Below, one piece after another: positions 26,606 to 35,805 of a stretch of DNA of 51,308 nucleotides; the first letter of the stretch is position 1; every line of letters begins with the position of its first letter. Made by a program: the position numbers and the translations under genes. Under the pieces are notes generated by a model. That model was not told the origin of the DNA. It ran no database searches and saw only the letters and a list, made by a program, of their open reading frames with translations. The DNA is from Gemmatimonadales bacterium (GTDB lineage Bacteria > Gemmatimonadota > Gemmatimonadetes > Gemmatimonadales > JACORV01), in assembly GCA_035542295.1 (NCBI GenBank), contig DATKLR010000262.1, positions 1 through 51,308 of the forward strand. The letters are read 5' to 3'.

Positions 26606-27901
26606 TCATCTCCGCTCGAGGACCATGGCGAACCCCATGCCGCCCTGCGCGCAGATCGAAATCAGGCCGAACTGCGCGTCACGGCGCACCATCTCGTTGG
26701 CGAGCGTCGTCGTCAGACGGCCGCCCGTCGCGCCGAACGGATGGCCGATGGCGATCGAGCCACCCATCACGTTCAGCGTGTCCCAGTTCACCTCGCCCAG
26801 CCGGCCGGAGCGGCCCAGCCGCTCCCGGCCCCAGCGGTCCGACTCGAAGGCCTGGATGTTGGAGAGCACCTGGGAGGCGAACGCCTCGTGCATCTCCACG
26901 AGATCCAGATCCTTCCATTCGATCCGTGCGCGCTCCAGCGCCTTCGGCACCGCGAAGGCGGGCCCCATCAGCAGCTGCTCCCCCGGGTCGACGGCCGCGA
27001 CGGCATAGGACCGCACGTAGGCCAGCGGCTTGTAGCCGAGGGCGCGGGCCGCCTCATCGCTCATCACGAGCACCGCCGACGCGCCGTCGGTGAGCGGCGA
27101 AGCGTTGGCCGCGGTCACCGACCCGTAACGCCGGTCGAACGCGGGCTTGAGCTGCGCCATCTGCTCCAGTGAGGTGTCCGCGCGGATCCCGTTGTCGCTC
27201 GTGACGACGTCGTCGTAGGACGGCGGCACGAACAGCGGCGCGATCTCCGCGGTGAGGCGCCCGTCGGCGGTGCCCGCAGCCGCCAGCTGGTGCGAGCGCA
27301 GCGCGAACCGGTCCTGCGCGTCGCGCGAGATGTGATTCTCCTTGGCCATCTTCTCGGCCGACTGGCCCATCGTCTCGCCCGTCGACGGCTCCGCGATGGC
27401 CGGCGCCACCGGCACCAGATCACGCGGCCGGAGCCGCGCGAAGGCCGCGAGGCGCGCACGCACGCTCTTCGCCCGGCTCGCCTGTACCAGCATCTCGGCG
27501 AAGCGCTTCGAGTGCAGGATGGGGACGTCCGACAGCGACTCGGTCCCCCCGGCGATGACCACATCGGCGTGGCCGAGGACGATCTGGTCGTGCGCGGCCG
27601 CGACCGTCTGGGCGGAGGAGGAGCAGGCGCGGTTGAGGGAATACGCCGGCACGGTGCGCGGGAGCTGCGGCAGCAGGCTGACTTCGCGGGCGACGTTCGG
27701 CGCGAGCACGGACGGGACGACCTGACCGAACACGACCTCGTCGACCTCCGCCGGCGCGACCTCGGTGCGCTCGAGCAGCTCGCGCGTCGCGAGGCGGGCC
27801 AATTCGACGGCGCCGACGTCCTTCAGGACCGTCCCTGACTTGGCGAAGGGCGTGCGGCAGCCGGCGACGACGGCGACGCGACGACCACTCGTTACAGCCA
27901 T
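26606..27901 (-). CDS. fadI: Acetyl-CoA C-acyltransferase (3-ketoacyl-CoA thiolase, FadI-like)
   Basis: RVAVVAGCRTPFAKSG, NRACSSS (active-site Cys) and GGSIAIGHPFGATGGR, ending in ICAQGGMGFAMVLE. Start trimmed to MAVTSGRR (ATG at 27901). Confidence 0.9.
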   Translation of the reverse strand: MAVTSGRRVAVVAGCRTPFAKSGTVLKDVGAVELARLATRELLERTEVAPAEVDEVVFGQVVPSVLAPNVAREVSLLPQLPRTVPAYSLNRACSSSAQTVAAAHDQIVLGHADVVIAGGTESLSDVPILHSKRFAEMLVQASRAKSVRARLAAFARLRPRDLVPVAPAIAEPSTGETMGQSAEKMAKENHISRDAQDRFALRSHQLAAAGTADGRLTAEIAPLFVPPSYDDVVTSDNGIRADTSLEQMAQLKPAFDRRYGSVTAANASPLTDGASAVLVMSDEAARALGYKPLAYVRSYAVAAVDPGEQLLMGPAFAVPKALERARIEWKDLDLVEMHEAFASQVLSNIQAFESDRWGRERLGRSGRLGEVNWDTLNVMGGSIAIGHPFGATGGRLTTTLANEMVRRDAQFGLISICAQGGMGFAMVLERR

Positions 27902-28036
27902 GGAAGCCTCTCCGTCTCCCCGGCGCGAAACGCGGGTCCCGGGGTGCAGACAAGCTAGCCCCGGCACCGAGGCTCGGCCAGCGCGCCCGTGACGTGCGCA
28001 CGCGCGGTTTCGGTGTCAGATTCCCGACGGCCAACC

Positions 28037-29731
28037 ATGTCACCCCGGGAGCGGACACTGCCCCAGACCCATCCCCTCTTCTCGCTCGCAACCCGCCGCG
28101 CCGATCTCGACGCCGCTGCCGCGGGCCCGGTCGACCTGCTGGTGATCGGCGGAGGGATCACGGGCGCGGGGATCGCGCGGGACGCCGCGATGCGCGGCAT
28201 CCGCACCTGCCTGGTGGATGCAGGCGACTTCGGGCACGGCGCGTCGAGCCGCTCGTCGCGCCTGATCCACGGGGGCCTGCGCTACCTCGAGCACGGCTGG
28301 CTGCGACTGGTGTTCGAGGCCAGCCGCGAGCGACGGATCCTGCTCCAGATCGCGCCCCACCTGGTGCACCCGCTGCCGTTCGTCTTCCCCGTGCACGCCG
28401 GGAGCCGCGTCGGGCGGGCCCGGCTTGCCGCCGGTCTGTGGCTGTACGATCTGCTGTCGCTGTTTCGCAACGTCCACGCGCACCGCATGCTGTCGCGCCG
28501 CGCCGTGCAGCGCATCGAGCCGCACCTCCGCGACCGCGATCTGGTCGGCGGTGCGGTTTACTACGACGGCTGGTGCGACGACGCCCGGCTGGTGCTCGCC
28601 AACGTCCGGTCCGCCCACCGCCACGGAGCGATGACGGCGAGCTACGGCGCGGTGACCGCGCTGGAGAAAGCCGGGGGACGGGTCCGCGGCGCCGTGGTGC
28701 GGGATGTCGTCGAGGAACGCCGGGTCACCGTACATGCGCACGTCACGGTGAACGCCGCCGGACCGTGGGCTGACGCGCTGCGGCAGCTGGACGACGCCGC
28801 GGCGACGCCGCTGCTCCGGCCGACCAAGGGCGTGCACCTCGCGGTCCCCCGGCGGCGGGTGGGCAACACCGGCGCGCTGACGCTGACGTCGCCGCTGGAC
28901 GGGCGCGTGATGTTCGTGCTGCCGTGGGGCGACGTGACGATGATCGGCACGACGGACACGGACTTCGTCGGTGCGGCCGACGACGTGGGTCCGTCGGCAG
29001 AGGACGTGACCTACCTGCTGCGCTCGACCAATGCCTTCTTCCCGGACGCGCGGCTCGGCGGCGACGACGTCATCGCGGCGTGGGCGGGGCTGCGGCCGCT
29101 CCTTCAGGCCGAAGGTGCCGCCTCGACCGCCGAAGTGCCGCGCGAGCACCGGATCGTGGAGAGTGCCACCGGCCTCCTGACCATCGCGGGCGGGAAGCTG
29201 ACGACGTACCGGTCGATGGCAGCCGAGCTGGTGGACGTGGTGGCGGCGAAGCTCCACGCCCTCGACGGCCGCCGCATCCCCGCGGCGCGGACCGATCGGG
29301 AGCCGCTGCCCGGCGGAGAGGTCGCGGACCTGGAGCAGCTGGTGGAGGAGCTCAGTAAGGAGCGGGTACCCGAGCCGGTGGCGCGGCACCTGGTCGAGAC
29401 CTACGGGTCTGAAGCTCCGGCCGTCGGGAACCTCGCGGCACGTGAGCCGGCGCTCGCCAAGCCGCTGCTGGACGGCTGGCCCGCGCTCCAGGCGGAGGTC
29501 GTGTACCAGGCCCGCCGCGAGATGGCGCTGACCGTATCCGACGTGCTGATCCGCCGCACCCACCTGTTCCACTGCGATGCAGGTCAGGGCACCGGCGCCG
29601 CGCCGTCCGTGGCAGGTCTGCTGGCACGGGAGCTGGGATGGGACGCCGGCCGCGAGGCCGAGATGCTGGCTGCCTACCTCGACGAGGTGAAGCGGATGCG
29701 CCTGGCCATCACGTCCCCGGCTGGGCCCTGA
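28037..29731 (+). CDS. glpD: FAD-dependent glycerol-3-phosphate dehydrogenase
   Basis: DLLVIGGGITGAGIARDAAMRG (FAD Rossmann fold), ASSRSSRLIHGGLRYLE and GGKLTTYR. Start trimmed to ATG at 28037. Confidence 0.85.
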   Translation: MSPRERTLPQTHPLFSLATRRADLDAAAAGPVDLLVIGGGITGAGIARDAAMRGIRTCLVDAGDFGHGASSRSSRLIHGGLRYLEHGWLRLVFEASRERRILLQIAPHLVHPLPFVFPVHAGSRVGRARLAAGLWLYDLLSLFRNVHAHRMLSRRAVQRIEPHLRDRDLVGGAVYYDGWCDDARLVLANVRSAHRHGAMTASYGAVTALEKAGGRVRGAVVRDVVEERRVTVHAHVTVNAAGPWADALRQLDDAAATPLLRPTKGVHLAVPRRRVGNTGALTLTSPLDGRVMFVLPWGDVTMIGTTDTDFVGAADDVGPSAEDVTYLLRSTNAFFPDARLGGDDVIAAWAGLRPLLQAEGAASTAEVPREHRIVESATGLLTIAGGKLTTYRSMAAELVDVVAAKLHALDGRRIPAARTDREPLPGGEVADLEQLVEELSKERVPEPVARHLVETYGSEAPAVGNLAAREPALAKPLLDGWPALQAEVVYQARREMALTVSDVLIRRTHLFHCDAGQGTGAAPSVAGLLARELGWDAGREAEMLAAYLDEVKRMRLAITSPAGP

Positions 29732-31214
29732 CCCGCTCCATGTCGGCGGCGACGGTGGGCACCGCCAGCAGCAGGAGCGCGCCCCCCAGGAGCCCGACCG
29801 CCGGCAGCGTCATCAGGGCGACCCGCAGCCCGTAGCGGTCGGAAAGGAATCCTACCACCGGCAGGGCGATCGCGTCGCCCGCGATGTGGATGAAGAACAC
29901 GTATGCCCCCATCACGGTAGCGGAGATGCCACGTGGCACGACGTCGAACAAGACGGCGGCGATGGGGCCGTTGTACCAGGTGAAGAAGAAGACGACGACG
30001 AAGAACAGTGCCGCGAAGACGCGCACGTCGTCCATCAGCAACAGCACGACGCAGAACGGCGCGCCGACCAGAAACCCGACCGCGCTCGCGATCACACGCC
30101 CGGATGCCAGGCGCTGCATCAGACGGTCGGCGAACCGCCCCCCGATCCACGAGCCCAGCACACCCGCCACCAGACCCACCAAGCCGATCTGCGCGCCCGC
30201 CTGGACCAGCGTGAGGTGCAGCACGCGCTGCAGGTAGCTCGCCGACCAGGCCACGAGGGAGTTCATCGCCGCCGCCGTGAGCGCCCCGCCGACGAACATC
30301 CAGATGAGCGTCGGCGTGCGCAGCACCATGGCCGCCGCATCGAGCATCTCGTCCACGGCGTCGGCCGGCGTGCCGGGCAGCAGCGCGTGGCGCAAGCGCA
30401 TGACGATCCGGACCCACTTGGCCACCGTCCAGATCAACCCTGCCCCGACGATGATTCCGAAGGCCGCCGTGTCCGCCGCGGCGGGCAGTCCCCGGAACAG
30501 CGCCATGAACCCGACCACGGCCGCAGCCAGAAGCACCGAGACGAGGAGCGGCAGGCCAGCCCGCAGCGCGATGCGAGTGGTAATGACGAACTTGCGCGTC
30601 CCCCGCGCCGCGGGGGATGGGCGACGCACCGGCCGCGGATCCTTGAGGCGTGCCATCAGCAGGGCGAAGACAAAGCCGGGGATTCCGACTATCACCAGCG
30701 TCGCGCGCCATCCAAACGCGGTCGCAAGGTGGCCGCCGATCCAGACCGCCATCACGCCGCCGACGGCGAGGCCGATCCAGAAGATCCCCATCGCCTGCGC
30801 ACGGCCACGGTCCGGGAAGTAGTCGGCGAGCAGTGCCTGTGCGGAGGGCAGGTACGAGGACTCGGCGACTCCAACCACGCCGCGCGTCGTGAACAGGTGC
30901 CAGTAGGTGCCGGCGAGACCCCCCAGCGCAGTAAAGCCGCTCCACAGCGCCAGCCCGCCCGCCATCACCGAGCGCCGCGACTTGAGGTCCGAGAGCACGC
31001 CGGCCCCGAGGGCACCGAGCGCGAACGCGATCGCGAACGCCGAGCCCAGCCACCCGAGCTGCGTGTCGGTGATGTGCAGATCGTGCTTGATCGGCTCGAA
31101 CAGCGCCAGGATGATGTTGCGATCGAGGTAGTTCAGGAGGTTGCCGAACGCGAGCAGCCCCAGGGCGTACCGGAGATACCGGGCGCTCGGCGCCGACGCG
31201 GCGGGGGCGCTCAC
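29709..31214 (-). CDS. MFS transporter
   Basis: About 12 predicted hydrophobic segments. MFS-type loop LSDLKSRR. The 3' end overlaps the convergent glpD by 23 bp. Confidence 0.85.
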   Translation of the reverse strand: MSAPAASAPSARYLRYALGLLAFGNLLNYLDRNIILALFEPIKHDLHITDTQLGWLGSAFAIAFALGALGAGVLSDLKSRRSVMAGGLALWSGFTALGGLAGTYWHLFTTRGVVGVAESSYLPSAQALLADYFPDRGRAQAMGIFWIGLAVGGVMAVWIGGHLATAFGWRATLVIVGIPGFVFALLMARLKDPRPVRRPSPAARGTRKFVITTRIALRAGLPLLVSVLLAAAVVGFMALFRGLPAAADTAAFGIIVGAGLIWTVAKWVRIVMRLRHALLPGTPADAVDEMLDAAAMVLRTPTLIWMFVGGALTAAAMNSLVAWSASYLQRVLHLTLVQAGAQIGLVGLVAGVLGSWIGGRFADRLMQRLASGRVIASAVGFLVGAPFCVVLLLMDDVRVFAALFFVVVFFFTWYNGPIAAVLFDVVPRGISATVMGAYVFFIHIAGDAIALPVVGFLSDRYGLRVALMTLPAVGLLGGALLLLAVPTVAADMERVRAQPGT

Positions 31215-31244
31215 GGCGCAGCGGCGCCGCGCCGGCCCCGCAGA

Positions 31245-32024
31245 CTAGAGGAGCTCACGGCTCGACACGTTCTCCATCGACTCCTGCTGCAAGACCAGGA
31301 GCTTCTCGCGCGCCCGCGTCACCTCCACCACGGCCTCCTGAGGCTCGTCCGTCACGTGGAAGATGTCGAGGTCCTTGGGGTCGATCTTCCGCTCCGCCGC
31401 GACGGTCTGGCGCAGCCACTCGGTCAGCCCGCGCCAGTAGCTGCTGCCGAACAGCACCAGGGGGAAGTGCTTGATCGTCCCCGTCTGGATCAGGGTCAAC
31501 GCCTCGAACGTCTCGTCCAGCGTCCCGAAGCCGCCGGGGAAGACGACGAACCCGATCGAGTACTTCACGAACATCGTCTTGCGGACGAAGAAGTAGTGGA
31601 AGTGCATCGCCGTATCCACGAACTCGTTCGTCCCCTGCTCGAACGGCAGCTCGATATTGAGCCCGATGGACGGACCGCCGGCGATGGATGCGCCCTTGTT
31701 CGCCGCTTCCATGATGCCGGGTCCGCCGCCGGTGATGATCGAGAACCCCGCGAGCGACAGAAGGCGCGCCGTCTCGGTCGCCGCCTTGTAGTATGGGTCG
31801 TCGGGCCCGGTGCGCGCCGAGCCGAAGAAGGTCACCGCGGGGCCGATGCCGGCCAGGGTGTCGAATCCCTCCACGAATTCGCCGAGAATCCTCAGCACGC
31901 GCCACGGATCAGACGAGGTGAACTGCCGCTCGCGTTCCCGCGGGGACGGGAGACTGAAGAGACGCTCGTCCTCGGTCGGGCCCAGCCGCCTCGGACCGCT
32001 GCGCCGCTCGCCGCCTGACGACAT
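31245..32024 (-). CDS. LOG-family (TIGR00730-type) Rossmann-fold nucleotide-binding protein
   Basis: VTFFGSAR...ITGGGPGIMEAANKGA...FPGGFGTLDETFEALTLIQT are LOG / lysine-decarboxylase-like motifs (PGGxGTxxE). Start trimmed to MSSGGERR. Confidence 0.85.
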   Translation of the reverse strand: MSSGGERRSGPRRLGPTEDERLFSLPSPRERERQFTSSDPWRVLRILGEFVEGFDTLAGIGPAVTFFGSARTGPDDPYYKAATETARLLSLAGFSIITGGGPGIMEAANKGASIAGGPSIGLNIELPFEQGTNEFVDTAMHFHYFFVRKTMFVKYSIGFVVFPGGFGTLDETFEALTLIQTGTIKHFPLVLFGSSYWRGLTEWLRQTVAAERKIDPKDLDIFHVTDEPQEAVVEVTRAREKLLVLQQESMENVSSRELL

Positions 32025-32070
32025 GGGAAGCCCTCTTGCCAGCGTGGGAGGGTCAGAATATACACGAAAT

Positions 32071-32328
32071 ATGCGCTCCTGGACTTCGCTCAGCGTCGCC
32101 CTGTGCGCCCGGGCCGTCATCAATCCCCGGGTTGCGCTGGACCTGGTCGCGCTCGCGTGGTCCATGCGCCGCCGTCGCTGGTATCGCGAGCCTCCGTTCC
32201 TGCCGCTGCCACCGCCGGAGTACGTGCGCTGGCGGATGCTGACCGCCTATGGCGACGAGGACGCCGTTCCCTCCGTCGACGATGTGATCCGGCTCGCGCG
32301 CTGGCGCCGGGACCTGCTCAGGACATGA
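32071..32328 (+). CDS. Small hypothetical protein (85 aa) translationally coupled to queG
   Basis: ATG at 32071. Its TGA (32326-32328) overlaps the queG ATG (32325-32327) as ATGA. N-terminal hydrophobic segment. Confidence 0.5.
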   Translation: MRSWTSLSVALCARAVINPRVALDLVALAWSMRRRRWYREPPFLPLPPPEYVRWRMLTAYGDEDAVPSVDDVIRLARWRRDLLRT

Positions 32329-33290
32329 ACGCCGTCTCCCTTGCCGCCGCCGCGAAGGCAGCCGCTCAGGACCTCGGCTACGAGGCGTGCGGGATCACGG
32401 ACCTGGCCGAATCCCAGGCCGGCGCCGCCCTCACCCGTTGGCTCGATCGCGGCCTCCACGGTGAGATGCGGTACATGGAGCGACAGGCGCCCGTGCGCCG
32501 CGAGCCGACGCGCGCCTGGCCGCAGGCCCGGTCCGCCATCGTGGTCTTGGACAACTACTACCAGCCGCACGCCGAGCCGGCGCCCGGACGCGGTCGGGTC
32601 GCGCGGTACGCCCTGGGCGACGACTACCACTCGGTGATGAGCGCCAAGCTCGAGCAGCTCGCGGCGCGGCTCGTGGCGGTCGCGGGCGGCGGGCAGTTTC
32701 GCGCCTACGTGGACGCGGGGCCGCTGCCGGAGCGGGAGCTGGCGCGCCGCGCCGGCCTCGGGTGGATCGGCAAGAACACGATGCTGATCCGTCCCGCCGT
32801 CGGATCGTTCACGTTCATCGGCGTCCTGCTGACCGACCTGGAGCTCGCGCCCGACGAGCCGTTCGAGGCCGATCGCTGCGGCACCTGTCGGCGCTGTCTC
32901 GATGCCTGCCCCACCGGCGCCTTTCTCGAGCCGCGCGTGCTCGACGCCACGCGCTGCATTTCCTACCTGACCATCGAAGCGCGTGGCGCGATCCCGGAGC
33001 CGCTCAAGCCGCTGGTGGGCGATTGGCTGTTCGGCTGCGACGTCTGCCAGGACGTGTGCCCGTGGAACGTGCGTTTCGCCACGGAGACCGGCGAAAGTCG
33101 ATACCTCACTCGCCCGGCGTCCGACTGGCCGACCCTGGTCGAGATCGTCGCGATGACGGAGCGCGCATTCGACGAGGCGTTCGCCGAGACGTCCCTCGAG
33201 CGGGCGGGCCGCTCCGGGCTGGCGCGCAACGCGACGGTGCTCCTCGAGAACGCCCAGGCACGGGGCGCGGCCGAATGCCCGGCAGCGTGA
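32325..33290 (+). CDS. queG: Epoxyqueuosine reductase
   Basis: Two 4Fe-4S ferredoxin motifs, CGTCRRCLDACP and CDVCQDVCPWN, plus MRYMERQ and WIGKNTMLI, which are typical of QueG. Confidence 0.9.
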   Translation: MNAVSLAAAAKAAAQDLGYEACGITDLAESQAGAALTRWLDRGLHGEMRYMERQAPVRREPTRAWPQARSAIVVLDNYYQPHAEPAPGRGRVARYALGDDYHSVMSAKLEQLAARLVAVAGGGQFRAYVDAGPLPERELARRAGLGWIGKNTMLIRPAVGSFTFIGVLLTDLELAPDEPFEADRCGTCRRCLDACPTGAFLEPRVLDATRCISYLTIEARGAIPEPLKPLVGDWLFGCDVCQDVCPWNVRFATETGESRYLTRPASDWPTLVEIVAMTERAFDEAFAETSLERAGRSGLARNATVLLENAQARGAAECPAA

Positions 33291-33565
33291 AGGATCACGC
33301 CACCCAGGAGCGCCTCACCGCGATCAAGGAGAGCCTCGCCGCGGGGCTGGGGAAGGTGGATCCCTTCCGGCGGCTGCGCGACCGGCCGGTGCGCTACCAG
33401 CTCACGGCGGGCCAGACACTGGAGATCACGTTCCGCGACGTGCCGAGCATCGGCGAGGCCGAGGTGCTGGGCGTCAAGAAGCTGCTGGGAGGGAAGTCGT
33501 TCTGCACGGTGAGCCCGCAGTCGCGTGAGCGGCTGATCGTGCGGTTCGTCGTGCCGCTCGCGTAG
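33275..33565 (+). CDS. Small hypothetical protein (about 96 aa) downstream of queG
   Basis: ATG at 33275, or GTG at 33287 overlapping the queG TGA. Lys/Glu-containing, non-artefact composition. Confidence 0.45.
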   Translation: MPGSVKDHATQERLTAIKESLAAGLGKVDPFRRLRDRPVRYQLTAGQTLEITFRDVPSIGEAEVLGVKKLLGGKSFCTVSPQSRERLIVRFVVPLA

Positions 33566-34714
33566 CTAGATCTCCGCCGTCCACCGCCGCCCCGCGACCA
33601 GCGCCAGCGCGAGCGCCGCAGCCGCCCAGAATAGTCCGGCCAGCATCAGCCTCGGACCCGCGCGGGGCCCGCCGGGCGCCGTGCTGTACCAGTGGTTGAG
33701 CGCGTCATGGGCAAGTTGCCCCGCCGGGCGCCCGTATGCTTGGCGAAGGGCCTCGCCCACACCCAGGGGAGAGTGCCAGAAGGCGCTGAATTGCTCCGGG
33801 CTCCCATGCGCGAGCAGGAACGCGACGAGTTGCGCCTGACTTGGATCCGAGTACCACCACCAGGAGTAGTCGGCCGGACGAATCCGCACGTTGCGTTCGC
33901 ACAGCGACCACGAGCCGTCCAGGCACCCGATGGCCACCCACGGGGTGCCCCAATACCACTCCCAGGGGCGGTCGTTGCTGAAATCCGGCCGCGGTATCTC
34001 GATCCGCGGGACCGCTCGCCCCGCCTCGGAAAGCGTGCCCATCCAACCGCCGTCGGCGAGGCCGTACGTACGCCACCCCCGGCGGATCATCCATTGCGCT
34101 ATCTCCGACCCTGGCACTCCAAACCGCTGGTAGAGGCCGCACAGACCCAGAAACGGGCCGATGGAGCGTGGCGACGCCGCCCGGCTCCGGTCGCGCGGAC
34201 CGTGCGGCACCAAGTTCACCTCGACAATGCACGAGGACCGCAGAACGTCCGGAGGCAACCGGCGCGCCATCCAATACCACAATCCGAAGTCGCGGCTCCG
34301 GGCGCGCGCGGGATTCGAGTAGAGGGCGATCACCAGCGACCCGCCCGGGCCAGCAGCGGCGGGATAGCGCCTGAGTTCCCCCTCGGCCGCGGTCATCCAC
34401 GCACCCGCGGCGGCCACCGTCAGGGGAGTTTCGTAGACGACCGTGACCCGGCCGCGTGAGTGCAGTGCCCGGGGGCCGCGGACGGCGGCCAGGAGCGAAT
34501 CAGCACGCTCCGTATCCCTCAGCCGTGCGTGTTGCACGTCCAGCGCCCGCTTAACGTCATCGCGGTAGGTCTCGTTGTGCTCCGAGCCGACGGGACCCTG
34601 CAGGAAGGCGGGGAACGATCTTCCGGTCTCCCCTCCCGCGGGCAGGAGCAACACGGCCACCAGCACGGCGGCCGCGGCAGGGCCCCAGATCCACCCCCAG
34701 CGCTTCAGCGCCAC
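33566..34714 (-). CDS. Trp-rich hypothetical protein with N- and C-terminal hydrophobic anchors (last gene of the YtrA-type operon)
   Basis: Candidate GTG at 34714 (VALKRWGWIWGPAAAAVLVAVLLL). Contains PWEWYWGTPW, WWWY and CLDGSWSLC (C-x7-C). C-terminal LMLAGLFWAAAALALALVAGRRW. Start uncertain. Confidence 0.55.
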   Translation of the reverse strand: MALKRWGWIWGPAAAAVLVAVLLLPAGGETGRSFPAFLQGPVGSEHNETYRDDVKRALDVQHARLRDTERADSLLAAVRGPRALHSRGRVTVVYETPLTVAAAGAWMTAAEGELRRYPAAAGPGGSLVIALYSNPARARSRDFGLWYWMARRLPPDVLRSSCIVEVNLVPHGPRDRSRAASPRSIGPFLGLCGLYQRFGVPGSEIAQWMIRRGWRTYGLADGGWMGTLSEAGRAVPRIEIPRPDFSNDRPWEWYWGTPWVAIGCLDGSWSLCERNVRIRPADYSWWWYSDPSQAQLVAFLLAHGSPEQFSAFWHSPLGVGEALRQAYGRPAGQLAHDALNHWYSTAPGGPRAGPRLMLAGLFWAAAALALALVAGRRWTAEI

Positions 34715-35805
34715 CGCCCGCTCCTGGCGGCCGCTAACAACAGCAGACCTCCGAACAGAAGAACCGGCATCGCGTCGCGCGCGCTGGCCGACACCCGGGG
34801 ACGGCCGCCACCCGTCAGCAGCCACGCCCGCCATTCCGTCACGAGTGAGTCCTCTCCGATCCCCGCCGCCCGCGCCAGCCGCTCGCCGACGGCCCCGGAC
34901 GTGTCCGCGAGGGCGTGGCGCAGCGCTTCCGCACCGTGCAGGACCCGGATCGCACGCAGCACGCTTCGCACCGATGCGAGCCCGGCCGGCACGGGAGAGA
35001 CGCCTCCTGTCTGCGCATAGCGCAGGCACGCATCGTCTGATCCGCGGACGCACTGCTGCGCCGAGACGTCCAGGTACTCCACCATGCGGCGGGAAACGAT
35101 GCTCCGGATCTCGGCGGGCGTGTACCGGGCCGTGTAGGGATTCGCATCGCGGTCGACGCCGAGCCAGGCGCGGCACGCCGCCGCCCTGCCCCCCAGGCAC
35201 TCGGTGCCGGCCCGGGTGTCGCCTGCGGCGAGCTCGCGCACCGCAGCGGCATCGTCGCGCCCCTTCATGAAGCCGAGGCTGAGATCCTGCGGCACCCAAG
35301 AGCGCCACGCGGGATCCAGCCTCTCGACGTAGGCGCGCACGATGCGGGCCGCGACGATCCAACCGTCCGCGAGGGAATCCGGCTGCGCCGGGATCTCCGC
35401 CATGATCCGCGTCCTGGCGGCGAGCCCGTCGGCCCGAAGCACCGAGTCCCAGCCCGCGGACGCGTAGGCGACCGTGACCAGCGAAGCCACGAAGCTCGGC
35501 GGCACGGCTCCCAGCGAGTCGAGGTATCGCCTTGCCCCGTCGGCAATACGCTGGCCCGTGGCCTCGCCGACGACGCCGGGGACCAGCACCGTCACGTCGC
35601 CCGCGGAGAAGCGCCGCGCGCGCAGGTCCTCGTAGCGCCGCAGCTTCGCGAGGGAATCCTGTTTCGCGATCTTGGCCTCGAGGGACTCCGCCCGCGCTGC
35701 GAGCGCGCGCACCCTCGCCGTACCCGCCGCAGCGCCTTGCGCCTCCGCGCGCGGACCCACCACGGTCGCACCCAGGGTGAACAACGCGACCGCGATCCTA
35801 CACAT
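34705..35805 (-). CDS. Hypothetical exported protein with C-terminal membrane anchor and two C-x7-C motifs
   Basis: Signal peptide MCRIAVALFTLGATVVGPRAEAQG. CLGGRAAAC and CVRGSDDAC. C-terminal VLLFGGLLLLAAARSGRWR. Its start overlaps the upstream membrane gene by 8 nt. Confidence 0.6.
   Translation of the reverse strand: MCRIAVALFTLGATVVGPRAEAQGAAAGTARVRALAARAESLEAKIAKQDSLAKLRRYEDLRARRFSAGDVTVLVPGVVGEATGQRIADGARRYLDSLGAVPPSFVASLVTVAYASAGWDSVLRADGLAARTRIMAEIPAQPDSLADGWIVAARIVRAYVERLDPAWRSWVPQDLSLGFMKGRDDAAAVRELAAGDTRAGTECLGGRAAACRAWLGVDRDANPYTARYTPAEIRSIVSRRMVEYLDVSAQQCVRGSDDACLRYAQTGGVSPVPAGLASVRSVLRAIRVLHGAEALRHALADTSGAVGERLARAAGIGEDSLVTEWRAWLLTGGGRPRVSASARDAMPVLLFGGLLLLAAARSGRWR

Noticed and set aside
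24394-27093. 899-aa plus-strand ORF antisense to fadJ/fadI. Similar long antisense or alternative-frame ORFs occur at 43611-45362, 29886-32018, 14584-17367, 48135-49673, 50219-51277 and 11929-13443.
   Set aside because: Their translations are Arg/Pro/Ala/Gly-rich low-complexity sequences with no motifs. They lie opposite genes with unambiguous conserved products. Long open frames like these are the expected artefact of stop-codon depletion in very GC-rich DNA.
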